Shown: positions 19,643 through 30,197 of the stretch, one piece after another | How the letters are laid out: each line of letters starts with the position of its first letter | Numbering within the stretch: the stretch's first letter is position 1 | Assembly (NCBI GenBank): GCA_001775095.1 | Contig: MFCA01000029.1 | Coordinates: 153,173 to 217,172, forward strand | Length of the DNA stretch: 64,000 bases | Direction of reading: 5' to 3' | DNA from: Candidatus Curtissbacteria bacterium RIFOXYA1_FULL_41_14 | Lineage (GTDB): Bacteria > Patescibacteriota > Microgenomatia > Curtissbacterales > GWA2-41-24 | Translations under genes and position numbers: made by a program | Notes under the pieces: model-generated | The model's database searches: none | What the model was told of the DNA's origin: nothing | What the model saw: only the letters and a program-made list of their open reading frames with translations

Positions 19643-20315
19643 TTAAACCAACCGTACCGTCCAAGAAACCTTTCTTGACAAAGTAACGGTTAATAAATTC
19701 GAAAAGCATTCCTTTAACAACTTTCAAAATCGTCACTTGTGGATGTTTATCCTTGAGGGAAAGTTCTGCTTCGATTTTTGCCCATTTGATACTTTTATTG
19801 AGCATTTTAGACATGCTTTGAGCTGTAAAATGTGAAAGAGGCATTTTAAAATAACCGAAGTTACCCGTAATTTGCGGGCTTTCATGGACTTTTCCGTACC
19901 ATTTTACGAGATTTGTGCCCCTAAATAACCTAGGGACATAATCTGGCCAGAATCCTGTGTGCCTTAGCCATTTTCCTAATATAATGTTTTTTCTTGGAAA
20001 ATAGTAAGCAGCATATTTATCCTCATAAATTGCAGTTTTAATCTCTTTAACTAAAGTCTCGTTTAGCCTTTCATCAGCATCAACATAAAGCAGCCAATCC
20101 CCTTTTGCCATTTTTGCTAAAGTGTTTCGATTTTTATCAAAACCTTCCTCTTTGGTCTCAAAAATATCCTTTGTATATTTCCTGGCAATCCCGACAGTTT
20201 TGTCGCGGGAGTTTTGATCTAAGACTATAATCTGGTCAGCAAAACTGAGCTGTTTTAGGCAGTCATCAATCATTTCTTCTTCATCTTTTGTGAGGATAAG
20301 CGCTGAAATCTTCAT
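19566..20315 (-). CDS. GT2 family glycosyltransferase
   Basis: 'ISALILTKDEEEMIDDCLKQLSFADQIIVLDQNSRDKT'. Confidence 0.7.
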   Translation of the reverse strand: MKISALILTKDEEEMIDDCLKQLSFADQIIVLDQNSRDKTVGIARKYTKDIFETKEEGFDKNRNTLAKMAKGDWLLYVDADERLNETLVKEIKTAIYEDKYAAYYFPRKNIILGKWLRHTGFWPDYVPRLFRGTNLVKWYGKVHESPQITGNFGYFKMPLSHFTAQSMSKMLNKSIKWAKIEAELSLKDKHPQVTILKVVKGMLFEFINRYFVKKGFLDGTVGLIESIYQAYHKAMVLTYLWELQTHDE

Positions 20316-21214
20316 TTTGAAAAACTGCCTTTGCCAAAGTTAAAAGTCGCAAAATCAACAAGCGCCTTCCGTTTGGCTGGTATATTTATTTGACTTAATG
20401 TTTGCTTGAGTACTGCAAGTTTAGTTCTTAAATTGGCGTATTTAAAAGCAAAAATCAGCCGATTGCGAGTGATAAAATAGTCTTGAAGTACAGAACCGGA
20501 TCCTCCGGCAGATCCTGCATTTTTGTGCCAAATAATTGCTTTTGGTTCAAAAAGTATTTTAAAGCCTGCTTTTAGTGTCCTAACACAAAAATCCATGTCC
20601 TCAAGATATAAAAAGTATTTTTCATCGAAAAAACCTATTTTTTCAAAAACTTCCTTTTTGACTAACATACAGGCACCCGTGGCTAAATCGACTTCTTTTC
20701 TTTTAGAAAATTGGCCGCGATCCACATCGTCAACGCCTATGTGTTTACCGATAATATCTCCCCAATCAATCTTGCCGCCTGCGTACCAGATTACTTTACC
20801 GCGCTGACTTTTAGTATATCGCGATTTGTGGAATTCAAAGCCGGGAGCAAAATAAATTTTTGGTGAAATAATATCGCCATATTGAGAGGACTTTACCAAA
20901 TTCAAGAGAAAAGATTTATCGACTATCGTATCATTGTTTAAAACTAAAACGGCATCTGCATTTTGCCCAAGGGCCTTTTTGATTCCAATATTATTTCCAC
21001 CTGCATAGCCAAGATTTTGGTGATTTTCTATAAAATCAATGTCCTTGATTTTCGAAAGTGCCTCAGAAGATCCGTCATCTGAGTTATTATCAACAACAAT
21101 AACTTCCATTTTGGTTCCATCTTTATCGCACTTCTTTAGGGAATCCAGACACGCAAGGGTATTTTCAAGACCTTTATAATTTAAAATGATAGCTTCTATT
21201 TTTAATTTACCCAT
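20312..21214 (-). CDS. GT2 family glycosyltransferase
   Basis: 'EAIILNYKGLENTLACLDSL...VIVVDNNSDDGS'. Confidence 0.7.
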   Translation of the reverse strand: MGKLKIEAIILNYKGLENTLACLDSLKKCDKDGTKMEVIVVDNNSDDGSSEALSKIKDIDFIENHQNLGYAGGNNIGIKKALGQNADAVLVLNNDTIVDKSFLLNLVKSSQYGDIISPKIYFAPGFEFHKSRYTKSQRGKVIWYAGGKIDWGDIIGKHIGVDDVDRGQFSKRKEVDLATGACMLVKKEVFEKIGFFDEKYFLYLEDMDFCVRTLKAGFKILFEPKAIIWHKNAGSAGGSGSVLQDYFITRNRLIFAFKYANLRTKLAVLKQTLSQINIPAKRKALVDFATFNFGKGSFSK

Positions 21215-24018
21215 GGTTGCCGACTTTCAATTAGGCTGGAAGGAGATAAGAATTTTGAAAATGACTGAAATTCAAAACTAAATATACCCGGAGTATAACC
21301 TTTAAAGCCAATCAATTTTGAGTCAGGAACTGACAAACCAAAAGTTGGTGTAGAATCTATTCTCGAATATTTAAAAATTTTTAAAAGAGATTTAATAGGG
21401 AACATTATTTTATTATAGTAAGTTAGTAGCGTTAATTTATTCATGTTTAAGTCGTGGTCTTGAAGTGAAGATTTGGCTACATCTTTCCCGTCAATTGTAA
21501 TGCCATTCGTATTGATTTGCACTTCCCTATTATCAAACTTCAAAGTTATACGATCAAATTTTTCTTTAAATTCAATTTTTCTTGTCGAACCTAGACTAAT
21601 TTGATTCCAAAACATCAAATTATCAATAACTGCTGGAATTTTTCTATCAAGATACGTGTTCTTATCAGCATAAAGATAATCTCTAAGTGGCGTATTGGAG
21701 TAATAACGCAAATCTTTTAAGATATAATTTGATCCTTCTTTAAAAATTGCTGCTCTAAATTTTGGAGACATATACCAAAAGCTGTCATCTTTAAATATAA
21801 AGTGGGACGGAGAAATGCCCGGATATTTACTTTGATACCAATCTGCAAAACCACCCATTGTGACATCTTTAATGATATTTTGCTCTTTAAGAAATTGAGT
21901 TTTGACAAGTTGTTTATCAAATTCTTCTTTAAATCTGACAGCCTCCTGACCAGCTTCAAGGCCGATTGTTATTTGAACAAAATCATTTCTTTGATTTCCT
22001 AAATATATGGAGAGTAAATTTTCAAAATAGGAAAAATTAAACCCATTGCTAATGTAGTCATTTGCTTGAAAACTCTGCCTCGAATCTTTAATTTCTTTGC
22101 CATAACCTGAGATCGGGTCTCTTTGTGCCCATTGGATATTGACAACTGGAATTTTATTCGACTGATTTGACGCTGGTTCAAGGGCATTAAATTTTGCAGG
22201 ATAAAAAGGCATCCCCCAATATTTTCCCCAGATAGAGGCTGCATCGGTATCGTATTGGTCAGCTACCGTCAATGCAGATCTGACACCGAATTTGACAAGG
22301 TAGGCTTGGGAGTTAGCATCAATATACCAGGCTCCAACTGACTGAGGTAACTTTTTAAAAATTGTTTTAAATTTTGAAAAGTAAGTTTTTATTAATTTTT
22401 GGCGATCATTGGGGGTGTACCCAGATAAGAATACTTTATCCGGACGATAATAATCCCCATCAGCAAACTTATATGAAACTTTTGCATCTGTTGCCCATTT
22501 CTCACTAACTTCTAAAAAAGCGCCTATTTCCTGATTTTTATTCAATGATTTAAAAATATCAATTAGTTCATTATCTGACAAATTATCATATTGTAAAAGC
22601 CAAGTTGCTGAAAGATTTTTATCCTCAATTGCCTTTATTTGACTTGAAAGAGCATTCGTAGATCCATCAATCCAAAGCTTTCGATCTCTGACTGGATTAA
22701 CGATAGTTATAAAATTTTCCTTTTGTTGGAGTGCTTCTTCTTTTTTGGAAAGTTTAACCAGTCGCATGTCACTTTTTATTTCCCAAACTTTGGAAATGAC
22801 AGATGGCTGAAAACTGGCAATTTCAAAAAGGGTATTTTCCTGGACTACTCTGGCTGGATCACGAGTAATCACATAAAGACTGTCAACTTTATTATAATTC
22901 TCAACGTCTTGGGGCTTTTTACCAAAGATTTCTACCAAATACCGATAAGGCATTGCGCGGGAGTCACCATCAAGGTTAGATGCAATGTTAAAAGAATCAC
23001 CATTAACATCATTGGTAATTAGTTTGGAAATTTTTATCAACTCAACGATTGTTAAATCTTCTGGCATACGAAACCCATGATTTGGTTTGGGAGGGTATAT
23101 TGCAAGAGAAGTCACTAGTAGAAATAGAAACAAGAATAAAATAACTTTCAAATTAATTCTATTTCTTAATAAGTAGGTGAGAAAAATAAATAAAAATAAA
23201 GAAAAAGTTAAAAAGTAATGCGGCATATATATATTACTACTTTCGCTTAATGCACCGAGATTTTGTGAAAATAAAACGAGAGTCCTAAAGTTATAAAAAT
23301 TATGTCTTAGTTCGAATAGAATTATAGGAAAGAAACCTAAAATAAAACCAGTAATGAAGATGGCTCCAAAATAATACTTACGCTCTTGGGTTAGAAGGTA
23401 GAATATTAAAATCCCTATTGCGATGAGTATAAATTGATAATGAAACTGAGTCAGTAGGCCTGTATAAAGCGCTATCGAAAAAAAATACCAAGCTTTTCGT
23501 CTAACTCTAAATATCCCCATCAAAAAAATCAGGCCCGTTAATAGGACAAACTCGTACGTGGAATTCCATAGAAATCTCGTGTAATTTATGTAAAATGGCA
23601 GTAAACTATAAAGTGTGACTATAACAATGGCAGCGGATTTATTAACTAAAAATTTAACTCCAAAATATAAAGGGATGGTCATTACGGCTGCAAATAACAT
23701 AAATATGTAGGATGCAGTTATTGGATTAAAGTTGCCAAGAGTTAGAAATATTAGATGAAAATAATAAATCGCTGGCCCTTGAAAAATTTCTCTTCCTTCA
23801 AAACTTAGAGAGGAAGGTGGTCCGATTAATGTTGGCGATTTTTCTCTAAATATTTCTTGGCTTTTTATAGAGAAAACAGCTTGGTCTGTAGAAAAGGTTA
23901 AGTAAAGAGGAAAATGAATATTTCTTATGAGAATGAACAGGGAAACAAAAAATATAAGTATTACTATTTCTTTGCGCATAATTCTTTTAACAATCGGTCT
24001 GAAAATGTGGTTACACAC
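21202..24018 (-). CDS. Large membrane protein: family-B GT-C-like TM domain fused to ~600-aa extracytoplasmic domain
   Basis: 938 aa. N-terminal 'FSTDQAVFSIKSQEIF...PTLIGPPSS...GPAIYYF' matches the DQG...LIGP...GP motif of ORFs 39529, 42237, 46454 and 47762. The C-terminal half has no TM. Confidence 0.5.
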   Translation of the reverse strand: MCNHIFRPIVKRIMRKEIVILIFFVSLFILIRNIHFPLYLTFSTDQAVFSIKSQEIFREKSPTLIGPPSSLSFEGREIFQGPAIYYFHLIFLTLGNFNPITASYIFMLFAAVMTIPLYFGVKFLVNKSAAIVIVTLYSLLPFYINYTRFLWNSTYEFVLLTGLIFLMGIFRVRRKAWYFFSIALYTGLLTQFHYQFILIAIGILIFYLLTQERKYYFGAIFITGFILGFFPIILFELRHNFYNFRTLVLFSQNLGALSESSNIYMPHYFLTFSLFLFIFLTYLLRNRINLKVILFLFLFLLVTSLAIYPPKPNHGFRMPEDLTIVELIKISKLITNDVNGDSFNIASNLDGDSRAMPYRYLVEIFGKKPQDVENYNKVDSLYVITRDPARVVQENTLFEIASFQPSVISKVWEIKSDMRLVKLSKKEEALQQKENFITIVNPVRDRKLWIDGSTNALSSQIKAIEDKNLSATWLLQYDNLSDNELIDIFKSLNKNQEIGAFLEVSEKWATDAKVSYKFADGDYYRPDKVFLSGYTPNDRQKLIKTYFSKFKTIFKKLPQSVGAWYIDANSQAYLVKFGVRSALTVADQYDTDAASIWGKYWGMPFYPAKFNALEPASNQSNKIPVVNIQWAQRDPISGYGKEIKDSRQSFQANDYISNGFNFSYFENLLSIYLGNQRNDFVQITIGLEAGQEAVRFKEEFDKQLVKTQFLKEQNIIKDVTMGGFADWYQSKYPGISPSHFIFKDDSFWYMSPKFRAAIFKEGSNYILKDLRYYSNTPLRDYLYADKNTYLDRKIPAVIDNLMFWNQISLGSTRKIEFKEKFDRITLKFDNREVQINTNGITIDGKDVAKSSLQDHDLNMNKLTLLTYYNKIMFPIKSLLKIFKYSRIDSTPTFGLSVPDSKLIGFKGYTPGIFSFEFQSFSKFLSPSSLIESRQPWVN

Positions 24019-24093
24019 TATGAAATTATATCAGGGGATAGTTGAGTGTGGAAAATTGACAGATCGTGGAGTTATCTAATACACTAGTTACAC

Positions 24094-24693
24094 TTGATGA
24101 AAAATCTGGCGATTGCAACCGTAGGACTCATAATCGTCATTGTTCTTGTATTTTTGTTCTCGTCAAAACAGAAGGGTGTTAATGAGGAAAATTCACCATC
24201 GCCAATTCCATCAGAAACACCTACATTAAACAGCATGGCAAACTTACCATTCTCTGTTCTTACAAAAGAGGAGATTGAAAGTAAAAAAGTGAGAATTAGT
24301 ACCGCGAAAGGTGATATCGTCTTTGAACTCTTTGGAGATGCTCCTATTGCATCATCAAACTTCATTTATCTAACGGAGGGGAAATTTTATGACGGCTTGA
24401 CTTTTCATCGACGAGAAGAGGGGTTCGTCATCCAAGGTGGAGATCCTAAAGGCAATGGAACAGGTGATCCAGGATATAAATTTTCGGACGAGCCAGTCAT
24501 CCGCGATTACACCCGCGGAATTGTAGCTATGGCCAACTCGGGTCCTAACACTAACGGCAGCCAATTTTTCATAATGCTTGCTGATACATCTTTACCTAAA
24601 CAATACACAATTTTCGGAAATGTAACTAGTGGTATGGAAGTAGTCGACCAAATACAAGTCGGGGACGTGATGGAAAAAGTGACAATTGAGTAG
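24094..24693 (+). CDS. Membrane-anchored cyclophilin-type peptidyl-prolyl cis-trans isomerase
   Basis: N-terminal TM plus 'FHRREEGFVIQGGDP', 'MANSGPNTNGSQFFI' cyclophilin signatures. Confidence 0.8.
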   Translation: MMKNLAIATVGLIIVIVLVFLFSSKQKGVNEENSPSPIPSETPTLNSMANLPFSVLTKEEIESKKVRISTAKGDIVFELFGDAPIASSNFIYLTEGKFYDGLTFHRREEGFVIQGGDPKGNGTGDPGYKFSDEPVIRDYTRGIVAMANSGPNTNGSQFFIMLADTSLPKQYTIFGNVTSGMEVVDQIQVGDVMEKVTIE

Positions 24694-24694
24694 T

Positions 24695-25615
24695 TTAGCC
24701 TAATTTTCTTCGAATTTTATAGTAGAGTTCTCTGGCAGGATTTTCGATAATTAATGTCTGAAATATCCAATATCTGATATCTTTGGCCGTTTTTGAAAAT
24801 TCCTGGATAACTTCAGAGAGGAAATTGTCAGGCGTTAAGTCCTTAAATTTTTCTTTTCTTTCCCAGACTTTGGCAAAAAAAACAAATGCATAGAAGGCTT
24901 GAAATATGGAAAGAACCAGTCCATGTAAGCCGTCCTTATAACCTTTTTCAAAGAAAAAAGTTTTAGCAAAATCTGCAACTGGCCAGCGAATAGAATCGTA
25001 CCAATTGATAGATTTACCGGATTTAATAAAATTTTCCGTCTCCGACTCCGTATAAGTCGTGTCTAACTTTTTAATAAATTGAGAGACAGTTTGATAATTA
25101 TAATGAACCATCGGGTTCCTGAGTTTACCTACTTCTCCTCTAACTTCCAGTTTTTCATGGACATGTTTTTGGGGAAATTTACCCATCCCCCTTCTAAAGA
25201 GTCTCAAGTTATAATCGGGCCACCAAATGGAGTGCTCTATCCATTTACCGAAAATTATATTTTTCCTGGGGATCTCATATCCCGCCTTCGCTGAAGCTTC
25301 GGCGGGCAAGCCTGAAATTACTTTCCGTATCTCTTCAGTGAGTTTTGGGGTAATTCTTTCATCAGCGTCAAGTGAAAGAATCCAGTCACTAGTTGCCTTC
25401 CCAAAACCAAAATTTTTATTTTTATTTAGCATGACGGGATCATTGGGACGAATAAATATTTTATCGGTATATTTTTTGGCTATTTCAACAGTTTTATCAG
25501 AGGAAGTATTGTCAACAAAAATAATTTCGTCAGTTAAACTTTTAATCGACTTGAGGCAATCTTCGATTGTTCTTTCTTCGTTGTAAGCGGAGATAACGGC
25601 ACTAATTTTTTTCAT
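24695..25615 (-). CDS. GT2 family glycosyltransferase
   Basis: 'ISAVISAYNEERTIEDCLKSIKSLTDEIIFVDNTSSDKT'. Confidence 0.7.
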   Translation of the reverse strand: MKKISAVISAYNEERTIEDCLKSIKSLTDEIIFVDNTSSDKTVEIAKKYTDKIFIRPNDPVMLNKNKNFGFGKATSDWILSLDADERITPKLTEEIRKVISGLPAEASAKAGYEIPRKNIIFGKWIEHSIWWPDYNLRLFRRGMGKFPQKHVHEKLEVRGEVGKLRNPMVHYNYQTVSQFIKKLDTTYTESETENFIKSGKSINWYDSIRWPVADFAKTFFFEKGYKDGLHGLVLSIFQAFYAFVFFAKVWERKEKFKDLTPDNFLSEVIQEFSKTAKDIRYWIFQTLIIENPARELYYKIRRKLG

Positions 25616-27096
25616 CTTGAAAACAAAGATCTAATAATAATTATTGCATCTTCGGTGAGGTGTCTTTTGAAAACGGCAAATGAAAGCGCAAAATATATTA
25701 TAGCACCAATAATAATTGTCAAAATCAAACCGAAAATATCCTTTACCAGAACATTAACGGTAATTTTAACTAATAAAAACATAAGGGCAGAAATTGCAAA
25801 TGGTCCGAATATGTTTTTGCCCACCGACACCGGTATTTCCTTTTTAACAAAATAGATAATGGCAATGGAGGTAGCAGCAACTATTGCTGAGGCAAGGCCA
25901 ACTCCGATATATCCAAATTTTACAACTAACGGGTAAGTCAGCACCCATGTTGCTACTGTCCAAAAGACCATAAATTTTAAAACGATCTTGGGTCTGTTAA
26001 TTGCGAATAAACTGTTTGTAAATGTGGTTGATACTGCCGAGAAAATGCTATTGACAGCAAAAAAATAAAGCAAAGGCAATGCTGGCTCCCATTTGTTGTA
26101 TTTTGGAATAACCTCAAGCAGTTTTGGAGCTATTGCTGCCATGCCAAAAACTGAAGGGTAAACGAAATAAGTTACAAAAAACAGAGATTTCTCAACGGCC
26201 TTGCTCAGTTCATTAGTGTGAGATTGGAGCCGGGAGTATGCTGGAAATGTGACTTTATTGACATTGTCCATAAAAAAGCGCAGCGGTATAAATGCCCATT
26301 TTTGGGCCCAGCCGATGTAGCCGACTTGGGCGAAAGGCAAAATTTTCCCGAGAAATGCCGTTAGAAGATCGTCTTTTAAAAGAGCAAGGACACTATTTGC
26401 CTGAAAGGGTATACCAAAGGAAGTTAATCTTTTGGCATTTTTCAAACTTATGCCTATTGCCGGACGCCAGGGTGAAAGAATATATATTAGAACTAGGCCA
26501 ACTATTCCTCTTGCTAGAACAGCCCATGTAAATGCTGCAATGCCGAATTTTAAATATGCTAAAACAACTGCTACAGTATAAAAGACAATATTCTCGGCAA
26601 TTTGCGGAATAACTAAAAGCGTAAAGTTTAGTTTCCTCTCAAGGAGGATAGAAGGAATTGTTTTTAGAGAGGATAAAACCAAGGAAAAGATGAGTACTCT
26701 AAGAAGTAATAACCCTTGGTAATCAAGTTTATAAAAAGCGGCAATTTTCGCGGAGATCATTAAGCCAATTACAACCAAGGAGAAAATAATAAGTTGCTGA
26801 ATTGTAAATGTTGAAACTAAATCATCTCGAGATGGTTCTTCTTTCTTTTGAATTAAGGCAGCAGCGAGCCCAACATCCGAAAAATAGATGAAGAGATTAA
26901 TAATTGCTGAAACGACAAAGAAAATCCCAAAAATTTCCGGTGCAAGAAGTATTGTCAGGATGAAAGTTGCCAAGAAAGTAAACGCCTGAACAAAAAAAGT
27001 CCTTAAAGTAAACGTAACAACTCCGGCAATCGCCTTCTTTTTAATCAGTTCAATATCAAGTAAGGAATCCGTCTCTGTCATCGAATATTTCTCCAT
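25612..27096 (-). CDS. Wzx-like polysaccharide/oligosaccharide flippase (MOP superfamily)
   Basis: 494 aa with about 12-14 TM segments. Typical size and position within a glycan cluster. No soluble domain. Confidence 0.55.
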   Translation of the reverse strand: MEKYSMTETDSLLDIELIKKKAIAGVVTFTLRTFFVQAFTFLATFILTILLAPEIFGIFFVVSAIINLFIYFSDVGLAAALIQKKEEPSRDDLVSTFTIQQLIIFSLVVIGLMISAKIAAFYKLDYQGLLLLRVLIFSLVLSSLKTIPSILLERKLNFTLLVIPQIAENIVFYTVAVVLAYLKFGIAAFTWAVLARGIVGLVLIYILSPWRPAIGISLKNAKRLTSFGIPFQANSVLALLKDDLLTAFLGKILPFAQVGYIGWAQKWAFIPLRFFMDNVNKVTFPAYSRLQSHTNELSKAVEKSLFFVTYFVYPSVFGMAAIAPKLLEVIPKYNKWEPALPLLYFFAVNSIFSAVSTTFTNSLFAINRPKIVLKFMVFWTVATWVLTYPLVVKFGYIGVGLASAIVAATSIAIIYFVKKEIPVSVGKNIFGPFAISALMFLLVKITVNVLVKDIFGLILTIIIGAIIYFALSFAVFKRHLTEDAIIIIRSLFSR

Positions 27097-28811
27097 CTTA
27101 GCCGAAGGATATATATAATTATCATAGTAATTATTGTACCAATTGTTATTGTGTTTGCTTGCGTCCGAACAGGAGTGTTGGTAAATACTACCTCAATCTG
27201 ATGAGATCCTTCGGGAACATCTATCGTTATCAATTTATAAGGATTGTTGTCCTGAATTATTGTCTTTTGACCATCAATCTTGGCTTGCCAACCGGGAAAA
27301 TTGAATACGTTTACTCTGACTGGGGATGTTTTTTGAGCATTTGACGTGAACTGGATCTTAGAAGGACTGCCTTTGAGATTTTCTATCTTAGTTGTTCCTT
27401 GAATTAATCGAACTTTTTCTCTAGGAATTTGGCATGTCCCGATCCTTAAAAGGTTAGTATCGTTTGGACTTTTATAAAGGGGCAGACCGACAGGAACGTA
27501 CTCGAAAGACGACCTGGAAACATCCCAATTAATAATCTTTTTTGACGTTGCGATCTCATCTGTTAAATCCGGACGATATGTCTGGGGTTTAAAAAGTTTA
27601 AAGTTTGTGACGACAAGAAGGGTTATTAGAATTAAAGAGGCTATCAGTCTTAATATAGGTAGTTTTAAAAGATAGATGAAGGCACCAGCCAGAATTGATG
27701 AAAAAAGAGATGTGAATATTAAGAAGCGCCATGGGAATTGGAGATAACCAAGAGGGGTGACTAAATCCCAAATTAGTTTGGAGTAACTGGTGGTCATGAA
27801 AGCACTAAAGACAAACAAGAAAAAATTGAAAATTGAAAATTGAAAATTGAAAATTTCTTTTCGAGTATAGGACTTTAATTTGTTTCTAACTAAATAAATT
27901 ATGGCAAAAAATAAAGACATTACGGACAAGACTATGTGGAGCTTGCCGATTTTAAAGGAAATTCCATCAGCAAGCCCAGCGGCTGACCCGCCAAAACCCC
28001 AAGGCCAATTCCAAAGCTGCTGTGGAAAAACGAAATGAATATTGTAATTGGCAAGATTCACCAAAAGTAATTGGTCAACAATTGTAAATTTTTTCTCTAA
28101 AATTGCCGGGGCCCAGAAAAACGCCGACAGTCCTAAAGCCAAAACAGTAGACAGTAGACAGTGGGCAGTGGACAGAATTTTTGTATTCGATTTCCATATT
28201 AAAAATAATAAATAGAAAGGTAGGATGAGCATAAATGGTAGAAAGATAAGATTATGAGTGATCATTAAAAGTGCCAGAAATACAGCTGATAGATAGATAT
28301 AAATTGTTTTGTTCGTTTTAACTAATTTATAAAATGACCAAAGAATTACCGGGAGCCAAACGAAAGAAAAAGATTCTGCCAGTGCTCCTCTGATGTAAAC
28401 GTCTATAGCTCTATAAGGAACCAGTATGTAAAAAAACGCGCTGACAATTCCGGCATATCTGCCCCAAAACTCTTTTACCAAAATATACATCGCTAAACCC
28501 GAAGCAAATATTGAGGTAAAAAAAACAAGCTTTATTGAATCTATGAAACTAAAACCTATTAAATGGAATAATTCTCCAACCATATAAACTAGAGGCGGAT
28601 AAAATACAAATAAGGGATAACCAAAACCAAATCCCAGTTCGTCAACCCAACGAGGCGGAAATTGACCGGCTTTTAGGGCCTGATCAAAAAGAAGAAGACG
28701 GGCAATCTGCTGATCATCGTGGATTATAAAAAGTCCGGGTTTAAGAAGAGGTAATGACACCAGGATACTGAAGAAAAGAATTAGTAATATAGGAATCAAG
28801 CCTTTTTTCAT
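27078..28811 (-). CDS. Polytopic membrane protein family C (putative GT-C), paralog C1. Contains two internal heptamer repeat tracts.
   Basis: 577 aa. 'HDDQQIARLLLFDQALKAGQFPPRWVDELGFGFGYPLFVFYPPL...GFSFIDSIKL' is shared with 35496..37100. Confidence 0.5.
   Translation of the reverse strand: MKKGLIPILLILFFSILVSLPLLKPGLFIIHDDQQIARLLLFDQALKAGQFPPRWVDELGFGFGYPLFVFYPPLVYMVGELFHLIGFSFIDSIKLVFFTSIFASGLAMYILVKEFWGRYAGIVSAFFYILVPYRAIDVYIRGALAESFSFVWLPVILWSFYKLVKTNKTIYIYLSAVFLALLMITHNLIFLPFMLILPFYLLFLIWKSNTKILSTAHCLLSTVLALGLSAFFWAPAILEKKFTIVDQLLLVNLANYNIHFVFPQQLWNWPWGFGGSAAGLADGISFKIGKLHIVLSVMSLFFAIIYLVRNKLKSYTRKEIFNFQFSIFNFFLFVFSAFMTTSYSKLIWDLVTPLGYLQFPWRFLIFTSLFSSILAGAFIYLLKLPILRLIASLILITLLVVTNFKLFKPQTYRPDLTDEIATSKKIINWDVSRSSFEYVPVGLPLYKSPNDTNLLRIGTCQIPREKVRLIQGTTKIENLKGSPSKIQFTSNAQKTSPVRVNVFNFPGWQAKIDGQKTIIQDNNPYKLITIDVPEGSHQIEVVFTNTPVRTQANTITIGTIITMIIIYILRLRWRNIR
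27822..27856. repeat. (AAAATTG)x4.7 heptanucleotide tandem repeat inside CDS 27078..28811
   Basis: aaaattgaaaattgaaaattgaaaattgaaaattt encoding FNFQFSIFNFF. Confidence 0.85.
28145..28176. repeat. (CAGTRGR)x4.5 heptanucleotide tandem repeat inside CDS 27078..28811
   Basis: cagtagacagtagacagtgggcagtggacaga. Confidence 0.8.
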
Positions 28812-30197
28812 TTATCTGTAAATTGTTCGAACCTCATCATTATTATATATAACTTTGAGTGCATTTTGGTCCATGAGTGATTGCTTAACTTGATCGTTTG
28901 AACCTGTGATGACTACAATCTTCGAATCCGGTAAGTTTGGGTATTCATTTAAAACTTTCTCGATGTATTTTTTAGATATAGCCTGTTCTCCTGATATCCA
29001 ATGGGTTTTTCTTGTAAATGAAATCGTCGTTAGTGATGCGAAAAACCACCCCCCTACAAGGCAGATTATAGCTAATCTGCTGACATTCGTAACATTGGTT
29101 AAGACCTGAGTTAAAACATATGCAATAAAAACAAAAAAACCGATGGAGGAAATTGTCAAATAATATGGGAAGCTGTGTTGAGGCAAGAAGATCACAGGCA
29201 AAAGGCCTAAGACTAAAAGAATAAGTGCTCCAAAAAGTTTTTTGAATAGTTTCTGCTTAAATGTTTTAGTAAGAAGGTAATTCGCGGAAAATAAAAAAAC
29301 TGATAATGAAAATAGAAGTGGCAGAAAATATGGTTTAAAGGGTTCAAGAAATGTGGGGTCTTTTGAAAATGAAAATTGTGAGGCTTGAACTTGATACTTA
29401 AAAACTTCTGGCACATTCACAAGCCAAGCCCCATACCAAAAAATATTATTGATGACTTTTAAATCAATTATCGGGACATATTCTCCTGTGGCGGGAATTG
29501 GAACTATTATAAATCTAACTAAAATGTATAAAAAATCAATTAACAATATCGGAAAGATAAAAGTCAAACCCTTAAGAATTTTAACAATATTCTGTTTTCC
29601 GTAAAACAACTCAAATAACAATATAAATACCGGAAAAGCCAACGCAAATTCGGAAGATGTTATCGCAATGCAAAAGAAAAAGATAGTCATGGCTAATATT
29701 AGCTTACTTTTTAGTCTTTTAAATAAATAAAATGAAATAAGTGCCAGCAAGAAAAAAGTTGAGCCGATGACATTCCAGGTTAAAGATAGCCAGCTTAATG
29801 TCATGAAATGAAAAGCGGCAGTCGAGTATAAAAAAGCTGCTATGATTGCGGCTAATTTATTTTTAAAAAGAATAAAAGATAAATAACCAATGAGAAAACT
29901 ATTGATAAGATGAAAAAATATGGATATTAAATGAAATCCAAAAGGATTGAGTCCAAATAAATTTTTGCCGATAAAGAAAAACAAAAACATGCCGATTGGG
30001 CGCCAGTATATAATATCTGTTCTGAATTTAAACAAATTAATTAAATCACCAGTTGTAACATTGCTGACTTCATTTAACACAAACCAATCGTCCTGGAAAA
30101 AATAATAATTTAGGCTGGATCTAAACAAAAAAAATGAAATGAAAAAAATTAGCCCCGTTGTTAAAAAAAGATAATTTTTTTGGAAAAATTTAATCAC
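28812..30197 (-). CDS. Polytopic membrane protein family D, paralog D1
   Basis: 461 aa. 'YYFFQDDWFVLNEV...IIYWRPIGMFLFF' is shared with 30194..31609. Confidence 0.5.
   Translation of the reverse strand: MIKFFQKNYLFLTTGLIFFISFFLFRSSLNYYFFQDDWFVLNEVSNVTTGDLINLFKFRTDIIYWRPIGMFLFFFIGKNLFGLNPFGFHLISIFFHLINSFLIGYLSFILFKNKLAAIIAAFLYSTAAFHFMTLSWLSLTWNVIGSTFFLLALISFYLFKRLKSKLILAMTIFFFCIAITSSEFALAFPVFILLFELFYGKQNIVKILKGLTFIFPILLIDFLYILVRFIIVPIPATGEYVPIIDLKVINNIFWYGAWLVNVPEVFKYQVQASQFSFSKDPTFLEPFKPYFLPLLFSLSVFLFSANYLLTKTFKQKLFKKLFGALILLVLGLLPVIFLPQHSFPYYLTISSIGFFVFIAYVLTQVLTNVTNVSRLAIICLVGGWFFASLTTISFTRKTHWISGEQAISKKYIEKVLNEYPNLPDSKIVVITGSNDQVKQSLMDQNALKVIYNNDEVRTIYR

Noticed and set aside
24019-24093. 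Possible promoter or small RNA between the 938-aa membrane protein and the cyclophilin
   Set aside because: It is only 75 bp of AT-rich divergent-promoter spacer with no distinctive structure. An ordinary divergent promoter region is the simplest reading.
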